A DNA stretch of 64,000 nt from Balanoglossus misakiensis. Its lineage: Eukaryota; Animalia; Hemichordata. The stretch spans positions 2,526,303-2,590,302 of the forward strand of contig CM082582.2 in assembly GCA_040954595.2 (NCBI GenBank), read 5' to 3'. Position 1 is the stretch's first letter, and each line of letters begins with the position of its first letter. Of the stretch, positions 48,175-60,815 are shown piece by piece. The notes under the pieces were generated by a model, which worked only from the letters and a program-made list of their open reading frames with translations, did no database searches and was not told where the DNA came from. A program made the translations under genes and the position numbers.

Positions 48175-51100
48175 GGCCTGTTGCTGAAGGGCAGGCGACA
48201 GGCACTGAAGAAATGTTCAGCCCTATTGAGAAAAACTCGAAGAATGACTCTTTAAAGTCACGGTATCGGTGTAGTCAAGAACAGCCATTACGTGCAGTTA
48301 ATATGCCAGATGCCAGCCACCAACAGCTGATTGGCCCAGCAAACGAAGATGAAGTGATTGTAGATGGTGTACCCTGTAGGGCTCTAGTTGACACCGGATC
48401 GCAGATTACATCTATTTCAAAAACCTTTGTTCAGCAGCACCCCATATTACGTAATCAACCTATGCGGACCAGCAATATAACTATCGAAGGGGCATCAGCC
48501 GAAACAATTCCGTATGACGGCGTGATCTCTCTGGACTTGGAGTTTCTTGGTCAACGTTATAGTGATGTTCCAGCCTTTGTCATGCCGGATACTGATTACA
48601 GGAGGGAAGTGCCAGTTCTGATTGGAACAAATGTGATTCGGGCAAGTCGCATACATATGAGAAATACTCATGGGGCATGTTATCTTACCAAAGTGAAGAA
48701 AACATCGGCAGTCTGGCATCGAGTATATAGAGACACTGGGCGAACTGAAATTGGTGGACATGATGGACGAATTGGTGCTGCCAAATATACAGGACGTCGG
48801 CCATACATTATTCCCCCCAGAAGTGAGGTATGCATAAATTGCCGTGCCCCAAGAACTTCAGCGGAGAAGCCCTATACTGTCCTGGTGGAAGGTCCAAGCT
48901 GCAGTGGAGACTTGAATAATATTGTGACGGCTAGAAGTTTGAGCACAGTGGAGAATGATCGAGTCATTGTTAGAGTTTGTAATCTGTCTGCGAAACCCGT
49001 GAGGATATATCGCAATACAGCACTTGCCGATCTACACATCGATGCCAAAGTGAAGACTGTGTTGACTGACATGGTATGTACAGACAGAGGGAGACCAAAA
49101 ACACGAGTTCAATCCACTAGTGAAAGTAAACGCGCCAATGGAAACAAGTGTAGAAGATGGTATAGGTCACCAGCTCCACATCGTCCGGTCTCAGCTCAAG
49201 GAAGAGTGAAACCAGTATCTGAAGACATAGATTTCAGTAACTCTGCCTTTAAAACTCGGAAAGAATTAAAACAGTTACAAGCCCTACTGGATCGGAACTC
49301 GGATGTCTTCTCTCAACATCCTCTCGACTACGGGTGTACATCAACAGTGGAACATGAGATACCCCTTATAGATGAAAAGCCATTCCGGGTGCCACATCGA
49401 AGGATACCGCCTGCCCAGTATCAGGATGTACTCAAGCATCTGAATGATATGGAGGACTCTGGTGTGATAAGGCCAAGTAAATCTCCTTATGCATCCCCTA
49501 TAGTGGTTGTAAAGAAAAAGGATGGTAGCCTTCGGATATGTATTGACTATCGACAGTTGAATCTACGATCAGTCCGGGATGCATATCCATTACCAAGGAT
49601 GGACGAGGCTCTGGAAGCACTGGGGAAAGCAAAGTTCTTTTCATCGCTGGACCTTACTTCTGGATATTGGCAAGTGAAAGTGGCGGAGAAAGACCGACAC
49701 AAGACAGCGTTTACTACTCCCATGGGTCTCTATGAAACGAACCGGATGCCATTCGGCTTAATGAATGCGCCCGCAACCTTTTCTCGCTTGATGATGTGCT
49801 GTCTGGGGGATCAACACTTTGCAACTGTTCTTATATACCTAGATGACATAATCGTGTTTTCACAAACATTTGATGAACATCTTCGTAGACTGCAGATGGT
49901 GTTTGATAGACTAAGGCACCATGGATTGAAGTTAAAGCCATCGAAATGCTCGTTTCTGCGTCAAGAGGTTAAATACCTGGGACATATCGTGACAACCAAT
50001 GGTGTCCGTACAGACCCGGAGAAGATAGACAAAGTCAAGGCGTGGAAACGGCCCACAACTAGAAGGGAAGTCCTGCAGTTTCTTGGTTTTGCGGGTTATT
50101 ATCGCCGGTTCGTGAAAGGTTTTTCAAGAATTGCTGCTCCATTGAATCGGTTAGTGTCTGGTGATGCAAGAAAGAAGAAAGGTAGAAATCAACAGGTGAA
50201 ACTACCCCCCTTTGAGTGGACGACTGACTGTGAATCTGCTTTTTCACTTTTAAAACAGAAGCTCACCACTGCACCGATCCTGGGATATCCGGACTTTACC
50301 CTCCCTTTTATACTACAGGTGGATGCCTCCATTAGTGGTCTTGGCGCAGTTTTGGTACAACGGCAAGATGGAACAGATAGAGTAATTGCTTATGCTAGCC
50401 GTGGACTTACCCCTGCAGAAAGTCGCTACCCAGCCCACAAGTTAGAATTTCTCTCCTTAAAATGGGCGGTCACGGATAAGTTTAAAGATTATCTCTATGG
50501 AAATAAATTTACTGTGCTGACGGACAATAATCCTCTTGTTTATATAACCACCACAGCCAAACTGGATGCTACTAGTCAGCGATGGATCTCCCAGCTGGCC
50601 GTGTTTGACTTTGACATTAAATACCGCCCGGGAAAAAGTAATGCAAATGCCGATGGGTTGTCCAGGATGCCGAGAGAAGCCGTTGCATCTGCACTGAATG
50701 TGGTGAGCTCAGTCATCAGAAAGGAAGTCAAAGATTCCAGAGGTGAGCACCAATCTGTCCCCTGTAACCCTGTAGGTGATGGAAAGGAACCAACATTGGG
50801 AATCAACTACCTTAGTGGCACACCAGCCCTGCCAAACAAGTTGTCTGGGGAAATAGACCAGCTCCAGCGAAGTGATCCTGCCATTGGGAAAGTACTTAAA
50901 TTCAAGGAACGACAAACTATACCCACTAGACGCCAACGATCCCATGAGTCTAAGGAGACTAATTTGCTTCTGAAACAGTGGGAGAGGTTGGATGTTAGAA
51001 GTCATGTATTGTATAGATCCACCCGTGACCGAGAAGGAAATGTCTACTGGCAGCTGGTCTTACCTGAAACCTTGAGAGAACAGGCACTGATGGGACTCCA

Positions 51101-52724
51101 TGATAATCAAGGACACTTGGGGTTTGATAGAACCATGGACTTGGTGAGACGGAGGTATTATTGGCCAAATATGCAGTCATTTGTGAAAGAGTGGTGTAAC
51201 AGTTGCAAGCGTTGTGCCTTGAGGAAACTACCTCCCATGTCGACCAGGGTACCACTAGTTAACATTCGAACAACCGAACCGTTGGAGCTGGTGTGTATTG
51301 ACTTCTTGTCACTTGAGAAGTCCAAGGGAGGAGAAGAAAATGTGCTAGTGGTGACTGACCATTTCACAAAGTATGCTCAGGCCTATGCAACAAAGGACCA
51401 GAAAGCAAAGACAGTGGCGAAGGTGCTATGGAAACAGTTCTTCTGCCATTACGGTTTTCCCAAGAGAATTCATTCTGACCAAGGGAGGAACTTTGAAAGT
51501 GCTTTGGTTCGAGAACTGCGTACAATTACTGGCATCCAGAAAAGTCGGACCTCTCCTTATCACCCACAAGGAAATGGTATGAATGAACGCTTCAATCATA
51601 CGTTGCTGAACATGTTAGGCGCATTGGATCCATCTCAGAAGCAGGATTGGAAGGAATATTTGGAATGTCTTACCCATGCTTATAACTGTACCCGTCACGA
51701 TTCAACGGGACACTTGCCTTTCTTTCTGATGTTTATGAGACACCCACGTCTACCAGTTGATTTGGCTTTTGATGTGTCGGAGGAGGTCACTACAGAACCT
51801 AATTACTCGGAGTATGTGGAAAACCTACGCTCTAAATTAAGATGGGCATACCATGAAACCGTTCTCCGGACAGACGTTGCTAGGAAAAGACAAAAGAGGA
51901 ATTATGACAAAAAGGCAACGGATGATCTCGTTCTCCAACCGGGTGATAGAGTGCTTGTGGTGGACAAAACCCCAGTTATAGGAAAACACAAATTACGTGA
52001 CAAATGGGAACCCACTCCATATGTGATCATCTCAAAGAAGCCTGAAGTTCCAGTGTACGTCATCCAGTCTGAAGAAGGGTCAGCACAGCGTATCCTTCAC
52101 AGAAATATGCTTAAACCCTGTACATTTTTGACCCCCACAGATTCTCCAACTAAAATACAGTATGATGATAAAGACTGTGATGTTGATGAGGACAGCGATA
52201 CTAGCAGTGTCAGTAGCAGTGAAGATTGGATTGACATCCCAGTGGTTGGACGGGAAACCAGAACTCTTAACTATGAAGCAGATGAACCTGATGTGTCCGC
52301 CGATGTGTCCATGGGTAGCGAACGAAGAACAGGCCCTGAGATATTAGAACCAACAATTGCTGAACAAACGGAAGAATTCACTGCAGTAACCCTTCCTGAA
52401 TATATCATTGACGAAACCCATCAAGAAAAAGACATACTTTATCTGACAGCAGTTTCAAATGTGGAAGACGCTCTAACTACAATACCAGAACAGGAAGAGA
52501 TGTCTGCTAACCAGGGAAGGACGGAAGAGGGGGCCAGCGAACCGGAAGCCGCTGGATCGGACTCTGTTGATGTCGATGAACACCAAGAGAGCCCTGAAAA
52601 AATTGCCAGCGAGGCTCCAGAATCTACGGAAACTACTAGGAATGATGACCAGTCCAGATATCCAAGGAGAATGAGAAAGCCGCCTGATAGATTTGTTTGC
52701 ATGCATTGTTCACCGATAAATTGA
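48156..52724 (+). CDS. pol: Gypsy pol (protease, RT, RNase H, integrase), in -1 frame relative to gag
   Basis: LVDTGS, YLDD, VDAS, HHCC zinc finger, IDF..SDQG..ERFN; ATTAAAC just before the gag stop is a likely slippery site. Confidence 0.96.
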   Translation: MSIKRIGPVAEGQATGTEEMFSPIEKNSKNDSLKSRYRCSQEQPLRAVNMPDASHQQLIGPANEDEVIVDGVPCRALVDTGSQITSISKTFVQQHPILRNQPMRTSNITIEGASAETIPYDGVISLDLEFLGQRYSDVPAFVMPDTDYRREVPVLIGTNVIRASRIHMRNTHGACYLTKVKKTSAVWHRVYRDTGRTEIGGHDGRIGAAKYTGRRPYIIPPRSEVCINCRAPRTSAEKPYTVLVEGPSCSGDLNNIVTARSLSTVENDRVIVRVCNLSAKPVRIYRNTALADLHIDAKVKTVLTDMVCTDRGRPKTRVQSTSESKRANGNKCRRWYRSPAPHRPVSAQGRVKPVSEDIDFSNSAFKTRKELKQLQALLDRNSDVFSQHPLDYGCTSTVEHEIPLIDEKPFRVPHRRIPPAQYQDVLKHLNDMEDSGVIRPSKSPYASPIVVVKKKDGSLRICIDYRQLNLRSVRDAYPLPRMDEALEALGKAKFFSSLDLTSGYWQVKVAEKDRHKTAFTTPMGLYETNRMPFGLMNAPATFSRLMMCCLGDQHFATVLIYLDDIIVFSQTFDEHLRRLQMVFDRLRHHGLKLKPSKCSFLRQEVKYLGHIVTTNGVRTDPEKIDKVKAWKRPTTRREVLQFLGFAGYYRRFVKGFSRIAAPLNRLVSGDARKKKGRNQQVKLPPFEWTTDCESAFSLLKQKLTTAPILGYPDFTLPFILQVDASISGLGAVLVQRQDGTDRVIAYASRGLTPAESRYPAHKLEFLSLKWAVTDKFKDYLYGNKFTVLTDNNPLVYITTTAKLDATSQRWISQLAVFDFDIKYRPGKSNANADGLSRMPREAVASALNVVSSVIRKEVKDSRGEHQSVPCNPVGDGKEPTLGINYLSGTPALPNKLSGEIDQLQRSDPAIGKVLKFKERQTIPTRRQRSHESKETNLLLKQWERLDVRSHVLYRSTRDREGNVYWQLVLPETLREQALMGLHDNQGHLGFDRTMDLVRRRYYWPNMQSFVKEWCNSCKRCALRKLPPMSTRVPLVNIRTTEPLELVCIDFLSLEKSKGGEENVLVVTDHFTKYAQAYATKDQKAKTVAKVLWKQFFCHYGFPKRIHSDQGRNFESALVRELRTITGIQKSRTSPYHPQGNGMNERFNHTLLNMLGALDPSQKQDWKEYLECLTHAYNCTRHDSTGHLPFFLMFMRHPRLPVDLAFDVSEEVTTEPNYSEYVENLRSKLRWAYHETVLRTDVARKRQKRNYDKKATDDLVLQPGDRVLVVDKTPVIGKHKLRDKWEPTPYVIISKKPEVPVYVIQSEEGSAQRILHRNMLKPCTFLTPTDSPTKIQYDDKDCDVDEDSDTSSVSSSEDWIDIPVVGRETRTLNYEADEPDVSADVSMGSERRTGPEILEPTIAEQTEEFTAVTLPEYIIDETHQEKDILYLTAVSNVEDALTTIPEQEEMSANQGRTEEGASEPEAAGSDSVDVDEHQESPEKIASEAPESTETTRNDDQSRYPRRMRKPPDRFVCMHCSPIN

Positions 52725-55700
52725 TAACGACAAGGGTGTCGTTTACTTTATTAGGGGGGAGTATGTGACCGGGGGTTGATTTACCTACTTACCTGTGACA
52801 GGGGGGTTGACTTACTTACTTACCTACATATGTTGAGGGCGTTATACACCTGGGTCAGGGGGTTGACTTGCATACTTACCTGCACACGTTGAGGGCGCTA
52901 TACACATATATATAGGCACGCACTTCCATACTAGGTCATTCATTATCTGACCCGTGCTCTTTCATTTTGTTACCTGTATGTGTAGGTGAGTTTACCTTTT
53001 ACAATCCACTTTAGATAGTGCTAAATATAAGCCATCCAAATATTTGAATACCTGGTATTGCTTTAGTTGATATTTATAGTTGTAGTGGGGGAATTTAGCT
53101 TATTCTTCTTTAGTTATTTATACTTGTTTTTGGCATTTAAAAAATGTGGTGATGTGTGCTTCATGACCGATTCAACTTAACTCATGTAACAGTTTCATTA
53201 TCTGACCCGTGCTCTTTCATTTTGTTACCTGTATGTGTAGGCCTACCTGTGCTGTACTATATGTAATGTATGACTTATACGGCCGAAATAAAAAGTTGAA
53301 CTACCAGAAGTGACAACCACAATTTTTTCCGAGCATGGTGTATTATTTGCTGACCCTATATTGGCAAGCTTCACATTCATTTCTGTACATCATGTGTTTG
53401 TGTAATTTATTGAGAACAATGGAATTCAGAAAGGGCTTCATAGTCTCTGTGTAATGTAAATAGCAACTGAACCACACATTACTAACATGAAATGAAACTA
53501 GAAATGCAGCTGACAGAAGGCTACCATCATAGTACTGTTTTAAATCATAACATCTCACTTGAGGAGGTAACCAAAGTTGTTAATCACTCCAAACTTAGGA
53601 AAACTGTAGGAAGTGATAAATTACCATATCAGGTTTTCAAAAATCACGTTGATAACTTGGCCACTAGGACCACGTGTAGTTGGACCTGTTGGGGAAGAAA
53701 GAGGCACGGTTCAGAAAGCAACGTCACCTACCCGATCCTTTCAAAACATTGGAAAACAAGTTCAATTGAAATAGGTACATGCATGTACCTATACCCGTAC
53801 ACGTGAAAACGCGCTTTGACAAATCTAGCACACCGGAAGTGAGCAAACCATTCGCAAAAACCGTCCTCCATTGTCCCCCATTAGATAATCTGCTGTTTGA
53901 AGACATTGTTTCATTCAACATGACTTAAACTAGGTATAGAAGGTTCAGATCGATGATTTTTAAACTGGTACGTTCTATTGCTTGTTATGTCGATTCGAAT
54001 CATGGCGGGCAAATGGTCACACGGACATCGATTTTCATGAAATTCGACTGAATTTTTTTACTTACCCTGTTTACACGACACCATGCTGGAAGGGAGGGTG
54101 TGACGTACAAGTTCAAACCGAAAATACCCGAAAGTCGATGTACATAACATCAAAAGCAGGCCGATAACATCCAAGAGCGAACTTCGACAAATACTTCCGC
54201 ATTTCCATGCCAGGGACGTCAGTATATGCAAATACAGGGTGTGAGCATGCGCAGACATATTGTAGGCAGTCGCTAAATTTGGAGGTTTGTCCTACTGGTA
54301 AGGATGGAATTGCGGCTGACAAGAGTAAAGTAACAGTTGTTAAAGAATATCCCCGTCCTCATACTGTCACACAGTTGAAATAATTTTTGGGTTGGCCCAA
54401 TTATTTTAGAAAGTTTATAAAGAATTTCTCGATCATTGCTAGGCCTATACATAAATTGTTGGGAAAGGACACGAAATTTGAATGAGATGATAGATGCGAA
54501 CATGCATTCGAGAAATTAAAACATGTTCTGTGTCAAGCACCAATTCTAGGGTATCATTTTCATAATTTGTGGTTTCTGGGACACCGTTTTCTTCACACGA
54601 CTCATCAGATGAGGATGAGTCAAAGTCGGAGTGGTGCAAATAAGCTCTTTTTAGTCTATTCACATGTATGACTTTGCGATAATTCCTGGTGCTATATATG
54701 AAACGTAACTTGTAATTAACAGGACCCACCTTCACAGAAATAATGTAAGGACCTGTCCATGGGACTATTTCGCAACCCCTGGGCAAGTCTCCTGTATTGA
54801 TATAAACCTTGATGTGTGACAAAAGCTGTTTTTGGTGTACTCTCTTCATCTAATTCCAATTGAAAAAATCCTGACTGTAAGTCTAGCGTCGAAAAATACT
54901 GAGGCTTATTCTTGCCTAACATTTCAAGATATTCGTCCGTTCTGGGTAAGGGAAACGAATCAGGCACTGTAATATTTTTTAAATGACGGAAATCTGTGCA
55001 AAAACGCCACGAACCATCAGGCTTTTTGACTAAAATTATTGGACTAGCAATCGGTGAAGTAGACGACTCGATAATATTTAGTTCTAACAGCTGATCAACT
55101 TGTCGCTCAAGTTCACGTCTTTTCTCAAGCGTTACTCGGTAAGGTCGACGGAACGGGGCAGCGCCCTCTTGTAATCGTATTCTATGTTTGATTACATCAC
55201 AGTTACCTAAACGACCACTAGACTCAACAAAAGCTTCTATATTGTGCAGTAAAACATCTCTAAGCTGTTTACGCTGAGCCTTAGTTATCTCTAATTCATT
55301 AAGCTTCAATTGACCCATCAAATAATCCGTCTCTTTCTGTGTATGGGGCCCTTCAGGTAAGACAAAATTAATGGCATTATTATCGAGTGGGATTATTCGA
55401 CTATTACAGGGCAAGGGCGAAAACTTTCCAACAACACTGTTTTTCTTAATTTTGACCACTGTATCCAAAGTGTTTACAACTCGCATGGGAAGAAAATTCT
55501 TATTCGAATAGGCCAACACCTTAGCTGCCAAAATACCCGGCGTTAATCGTGTTCGTTTATCAGAAATAAAATCTAAAACTCCAGTAAAATATTTATACGG
55601 CACTTTCACTGGAATAACCATTTCACTTCCAGGTGATCCATGGAGACACGTACCTGATCCACGTTCATTTATTATCCATAATTATTATAGTACATCAAAT

Positions 55701-57840
55701 ACGCCCAGTAAAGTACATGAGGAAGGGAACGAACTCAGTAGCCTGAGGTACTCCCATCTCCCGTTAGATTATTCTCTTCCATCTTTGGAAACAAGGGGAA
55801 ATCAGCTGGTTAATTAGATTGTGTTAGACAGGTTGTGATAACTAAGTCCTCAAGAAATTATGTGCTGCGGTGGGCTCATGATTGTGTTTTAGCGGGACAT
55901 TTAGGATACACTAAAACGTTGGGAGTTTTAAGACAGAGGTATTTTTGGGAAAGGATGCCCCGGGATGTTGACATGTACGTAAAGACATGCGCACATTGTC
56001 ACACACGAAAGAGAGCCACACCCCCTACTCATGCTAAGTTGTTACCTATTCCAGTATCAGGACCCTGGGACCGACTGGGTATGGATATTGTGGGACCCCT
56101 CCCTAGAACTTATGATGGCCATAAATACATCTTAGTACTTACTCATTACTTTACTAAGTTTCCAGTAGCATATCCATTACGTAATGCACGAGCTGACAGT
56201 TGCTAAGATCTTGTTTGATGAAGTAATTGCTACTTATGGAAGCCCCAGAGTTTTGCTGAGTAATGAGGGATCGAATTTTTTTATCCCAGGTAGTTCACGA
56301 AACTTGCAAATATTTCAACATCCAGAGTAAAGTTTCTACCCCTTATCGTCCACAGACCAATGGCCTTACAGAACGTTTCAATGGTTGCCTAGTCGACATG
56401 CTGTCCATGTTTGTTGATAGTAAACAGAAAGATTGGGATCGGTACCTAAGTTCAGTGCTTTTCGCGTATAGAGTTAGTCCTCAAGAGTCAAGTGGGTTCA
56501 GCCCGTATTATGTGTTATAAGGTCGGCATCCCACATTGCCCATGGATGTTGAATTCCAGCCAGTTGAGGGGAGGACAAGAAATATAGATACACACCTTAA
56601 ACATTTAGCTGCTAAGAGGGAGATAGCTCATAAAATCGCCAAAGAGAATATAGGTCGACAGAATATGAAGGACCGTTATGATCAAAATATCCAACGGTCA
56701 CAAAATCTTAAAGTGGGGGATCCTGTATATTTATACTAACCTGATGTTAAACCAGGAGTTAATAAGAAATTCGTACATAAGTGGACAGGTCCTTACATTA
56801 TTTCTGAGAAGGCGGGTCCTGTTAATTACAAGTTACGTTTCATCAATAGCACCAGGAATTATCGTAAAGGCATACATGTGAATAGGCTAAAAAGAGCTTA
56901 TTTGCGCCCCTCAGAGTTTGACTCATCCTCACCAGATACCAAAAATTATGAAAATGGGACCGAAATATGTCCTAAAGCAGACATAAATGAATCAGAGAAT
57001 GGTTCTGATCAAATTGAGGGATTGGAATTGAGAGATTTGTCGTCAAGGACAAATCCCAGTGCTATCGATGAAACTAATAACAATTGAAATTGTCAGAACA
57101 AAGCTTCTGAGCCATTTACGAAATAGAAAATGTGTTGAAGGGTCGACATAGAAATGGGAAATTACAGTATTTGGTTAAGTGGAAGAATAATTCAACCAAA
57201 CATAATACGTGGGAGGATGAAGACAATTTGAATGAAATTGCAAAAGAGTATTTGATGAGAAATCCTGTAAAGATAAAGGGGAAACGGGTTATAGCACATT
57301 TGCACATTTAAATCTATGGACAGAGAAATATGCGCGTAACAAAAAAAACACGGAAAATGGAGACACGTGGTTGACTGAAATGAGAGTTTGAACACGACTG
57401 AGAGGTATGAGTGTTGGCCAGTCTGTATGAGTGAGAATACGATTGGCGTGTCCCTTGATTCGTTTAAATGTTACGCAAGTTGTCGAATGACATTTTTTAT
57501 CCGTTGTTTGCTGAGTTTAGTTGTATGTGCTATGCAACCTGGTTCCCGTGTCACTCTGTTTAAATGTGTTGATGTATTTAAGTTATAAAGAAATTACCAG
57601 TGAAGTTTGAAGTTGCAGAGATTTTAACACTGGAGAAAAATGTTTTGAGTTGAATTTTTCGTTCGTTTGATGACCTAAATAGTTGGCCCAGTTTGTGTAA
57701 ATAGTCCCTTGTAATGGCTATGTGTTTGTATAAAGAAACCACAGAGATAACCGATTTAGCAAGTTGTATTTTATTGCATTATCTTCTTAATTAAGAAACT
57801 TGTGTCCAATGCGGGACGCATTGCTTTAAAACAAGGGGAG

Positions 57841-58334
57841 TGTTATGATCTGTACAAAGGTCAAATATGATTTTAAGGGTCAATTATACTTAAAGCTCGG
57901 GAATGTCAATGTTTGATAGTATTTTTATTTTATGTATTTGAAGTAGATAGGGGGAGCTGGTGTTTAATTGACTGCTCTGAGTGTCAATCATCATCGAACT
58001 GACTTTATTATATAACGCTCTATGTAATTTGGTACGTATATAGTTGAATTGATGCCTTATGAAATTGTAACACATTGTATTTGTGATATTTGACATGATT
58101 AACCACGCCTTGAGAAAAGTAATTATAAGAGAACTTTGTTTGCAAAGTTGGGGGAGGAGAATAATCTAACGGGAGATGTATGTACCTCAGGCTACTGAGC
58201 TCGTTTCCTTCCTCACATACTTAACTGGACATATTTGATGTACTGGAGTAATTCTCGACAATAAATGAACGTGAATCAGATACGTGTCTCCGTGGATCAC
58301 TGTTCTCGTCACAGGCCGTTACCTCATCGCTACA
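57841..58334 (+). repeat. 3' LTR of Gypsy family 2
   Basis: PPT AAAACAAGGGGAG then TGTTATG...CGCTACA; AATAAA at ~58260; diverged inverted partial copy at 55634-55790. Confidence 0.75.
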
Positions 58335-58339
58335 ATGTC

Positions 58340-59300
58340 CCTGATGTATGAACTACAATAATATTCCAGCGGTAGTACGACTCTGAAAAGTATGCACTAC
58401 TGATCTTACTTGACCTCTCCGCCGCATTCGATTCCATTGATCACGGGATACTTATTCGTAGACTATCGAACCTTGGCATTACAGACACAGTATTAACATG
58501 GTTTAACATCTTACATTCAAAATAGATACCAAACTGTAATCATCGAAAACACTGCAAGTTCACATTCACCTATCGTATTGGGCCTACGCGGCTCTGTCCT
58601 TGGCCCTCTGTTCTTCGCCATTTATATAGCCCCACTTTGTAAACTGAATCGTCACCACAACCACAATTTCATCAGTACGCCGATGATAAACTACTATACC
58701 TTGCTTTTTCTCCGCAAGATCCACCCTCTATCGTCCAATCTCTGGAGATCTGCATCGAAGGCATGGATGACACTGAATAAACTACAGCTTAACAAAACCG
58801 AAGTCGTTGATATTCGCTCATCTTCTTGATCCTATTCCATCCTCCAACATGGGCTCTGCATCCATCTCTCTGGTAACAGCAACGTGTAATCTGGGAGCTG
58901 TCTTTGATAGTATCCATATTTATAACCAGCCCATCAAGAATACATGTATGTCCACGTTTTTTTTATCGTCGACACATCGGATCAATACGAAAGTACCTAT
59001 CTTCTAAGGATTGAATTCGTGTAGTTCTTTCAACCAAACTTGAATACTTCAATTCGTTACTGTTTGGTCTTCCTCAATCTGCAGTAAATCTACTTCAGTG
59101 ATTACAAAACACAGCAGCAAATATCATCACCCGGTCGAAGAAGTTTGAACACATCACTCTTGCCCTCATCACTCTGGATTGGCTACCAGTTTGTGCCAGG
59201 ATTGATTACAAGATATTGCTTCTTAAATACAATGCCATTCATGGCCTTACCCTGGAGTACATCAATGCCATTCATGGCCTTACCCTGGAGTACATTTCTA
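58340..59300 (+). pseudogene. Degenerate L2-type RT fragment
   Basis: [33 protein letters not shown] spread across frameshifts. Confidence 0.8.
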
Positions 59301-60659
59301 ACATGGTTAATCGATTTACCCCTTCACACAACTTATAGTGTCTGTGTTATGCCCTTACACACAACACGCATAATCACTCTTTTGTGGTGCAGTTGAAGTT
59401 TGTTGCCGTCTAGAATCTCATATGAGGTAATATGCTTTAATATTTTCAAGCAAAAGTGCAGGGTGGCCGTGTAATCCAAATCCAGCCCAGTCGACTTTTT
59501 TTCGCCTTTCCGAACTTCAAGTTAGAATCGCTCGGTGATTATTTCCCGCCAAATATGCTAATTTTCACCTGAGAGGTCTTATATCCGCAACCAAATACCC
59601 TCGCTAGCCGTTTATAACCTCTAAACGATGCCCAAACCATACCATACCATATTACCGTGTTTCATGTATAGTCAAATTTCCAGAAGATTGTTTTGACAGC
59701 GGAAGATAATTAGGGGTTATTACACTAAATTTGGTCGATGGTCAAAATTCGTGTAATAACCCCTTTATCATACATGCCTACCTATAAAACAATACAATTT
59801 GCGAAAATGCGTCGAGAAAAACAATTTCACGGCCAGAAATTTGAACCGGGCGCCCTTGGATCACGGAAGGCACCCATAGCCAAGTGAGACAGGGCGATGC
59901 GATCAGGTGATCAACGTGTAGGCCGTAGTATTATTCTCAGGGGGCTGGCAGCTTTCATTACGATGGGCACATCTGCATTCTAAATACAATTGCCTACGTT
60001 CTCTTTCAAAATATCATGTTAACGATTATTTCGCATTGAGAATTCCGAAGAAGTAAATGTGATACATTCAACATGACAAAAAACTCCAGCTTTGAAAACT
60101 TTATTACAGCTTCTAATAACCCAATTTTACAACATCCCTCTCCACTAAAGTCCTATGCCCCGTACGTCGCTCGCGCGCGCAGCGAACTATCACGCCGATC
60201 ACCTAGTCAACGCTGTGTGAGGATTTCAGCGCATTCTCCTAAATAGTTCAAGACGGGGTATATCACTGAGTGAAATACCTACCGTATAATACAGTCGCAT
60301 CGATGACCCATATTAGGAGTTGCTTATTAGCATAAAAATTAACATATCGTTAATATGTAGAACGCGATCTGACAAATGACTTCTTTGGAAATACGTCTTT
60401 TCCCGCTCTTTGGTATGAACATTACGACCTTTTTATTCAAATGTAATTTTGGGGTGAAATACGCTGGGGATATCCCGTCAATTAAAAATACGAAAGTACG
60501 AGTCAAACTTGCTTCCTGGTCAATAAGAAAACATTTCACCAGTGCTTTTTAAAAATAATAAATTTTGATTTCGGCGCCTACACTATTTTTGACGACAGCG
60601 ACACAACAAGCCCCGCACAACCGAAAAAGCAGGCGAGCGAACACCATCACCAGGTCATC

Positions 60660-60815
60660 GTGTCACAATACTATACTCTTCAGAGAATGCCTTCACTCAT
60701 CGTACACCAAGTACTGGCAGTGGCGATGCACCACTATAAAGGTGCACTTACTGTCGGTGCTGGGTATCGCCTTCTGCGGGAGAAATCCAACCCATACGAT
60801 CAGAACGCCGTCAAA
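60660..60815 (+). pseudogene. HIRAN-like domain fragment
   Basis: AMHHYKG..YRLLREKSNPYDQNAVK matches the HIRAN L.REP.NPYD.NAV motif. Confidence 0.5.

Larger units (their letters stand above)
45278..53375 (+). mobile_element. Full-length Ty3/Gypsy LTR retrotransposon, very recent
   Basis: 612-bp TG..CA LTRs (45278-45889, 52764-53375), TSD TTCA, PBS, PPT AGGGGGGAG (52753-52761), intact gag and pol. Confidence 0.97.
44294..54297. mobile_element. Non-autonomous DNA transposon (~1.9 kb without the nested Gypsy), 30-bp perfect TIRs, 5-bp TSD
   Basis: CAGTAGGACAAACCTCCAAATTTAGCGACT at both ends; TSD GTAAG (44289-93, 54298-302); removal restores RT frame VISK|DGIAAD. Confidence 0.92.
43268..58334. 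mobile_element. Scrambled, degenerate chromodomain-bearing Gypsy (family 2): INT 43268-44068(+), RT 44069-44293 + 54303-54555(+), INT C-term 54556-54760(-), RT N-term 54761-55633(-), LTR piece 55634-55830(-), INT-chromo-PPT-LTR 55831-58334(+)
   Basis: GMDIVGPLP, PQTNGLTERFN, YIDD, WTGPY; chromodomain YEIENVL..YLVKW..NTWE at ~57115-57250; stops and frameshifts. Confidence 0.85.

Noticed and set aside
59828-59895. tRNA-like sequence on the minus strand
   Set aside because: Only a B-box-like GGTTCAAAT; no cloverleaf; at most a decayed SINE head
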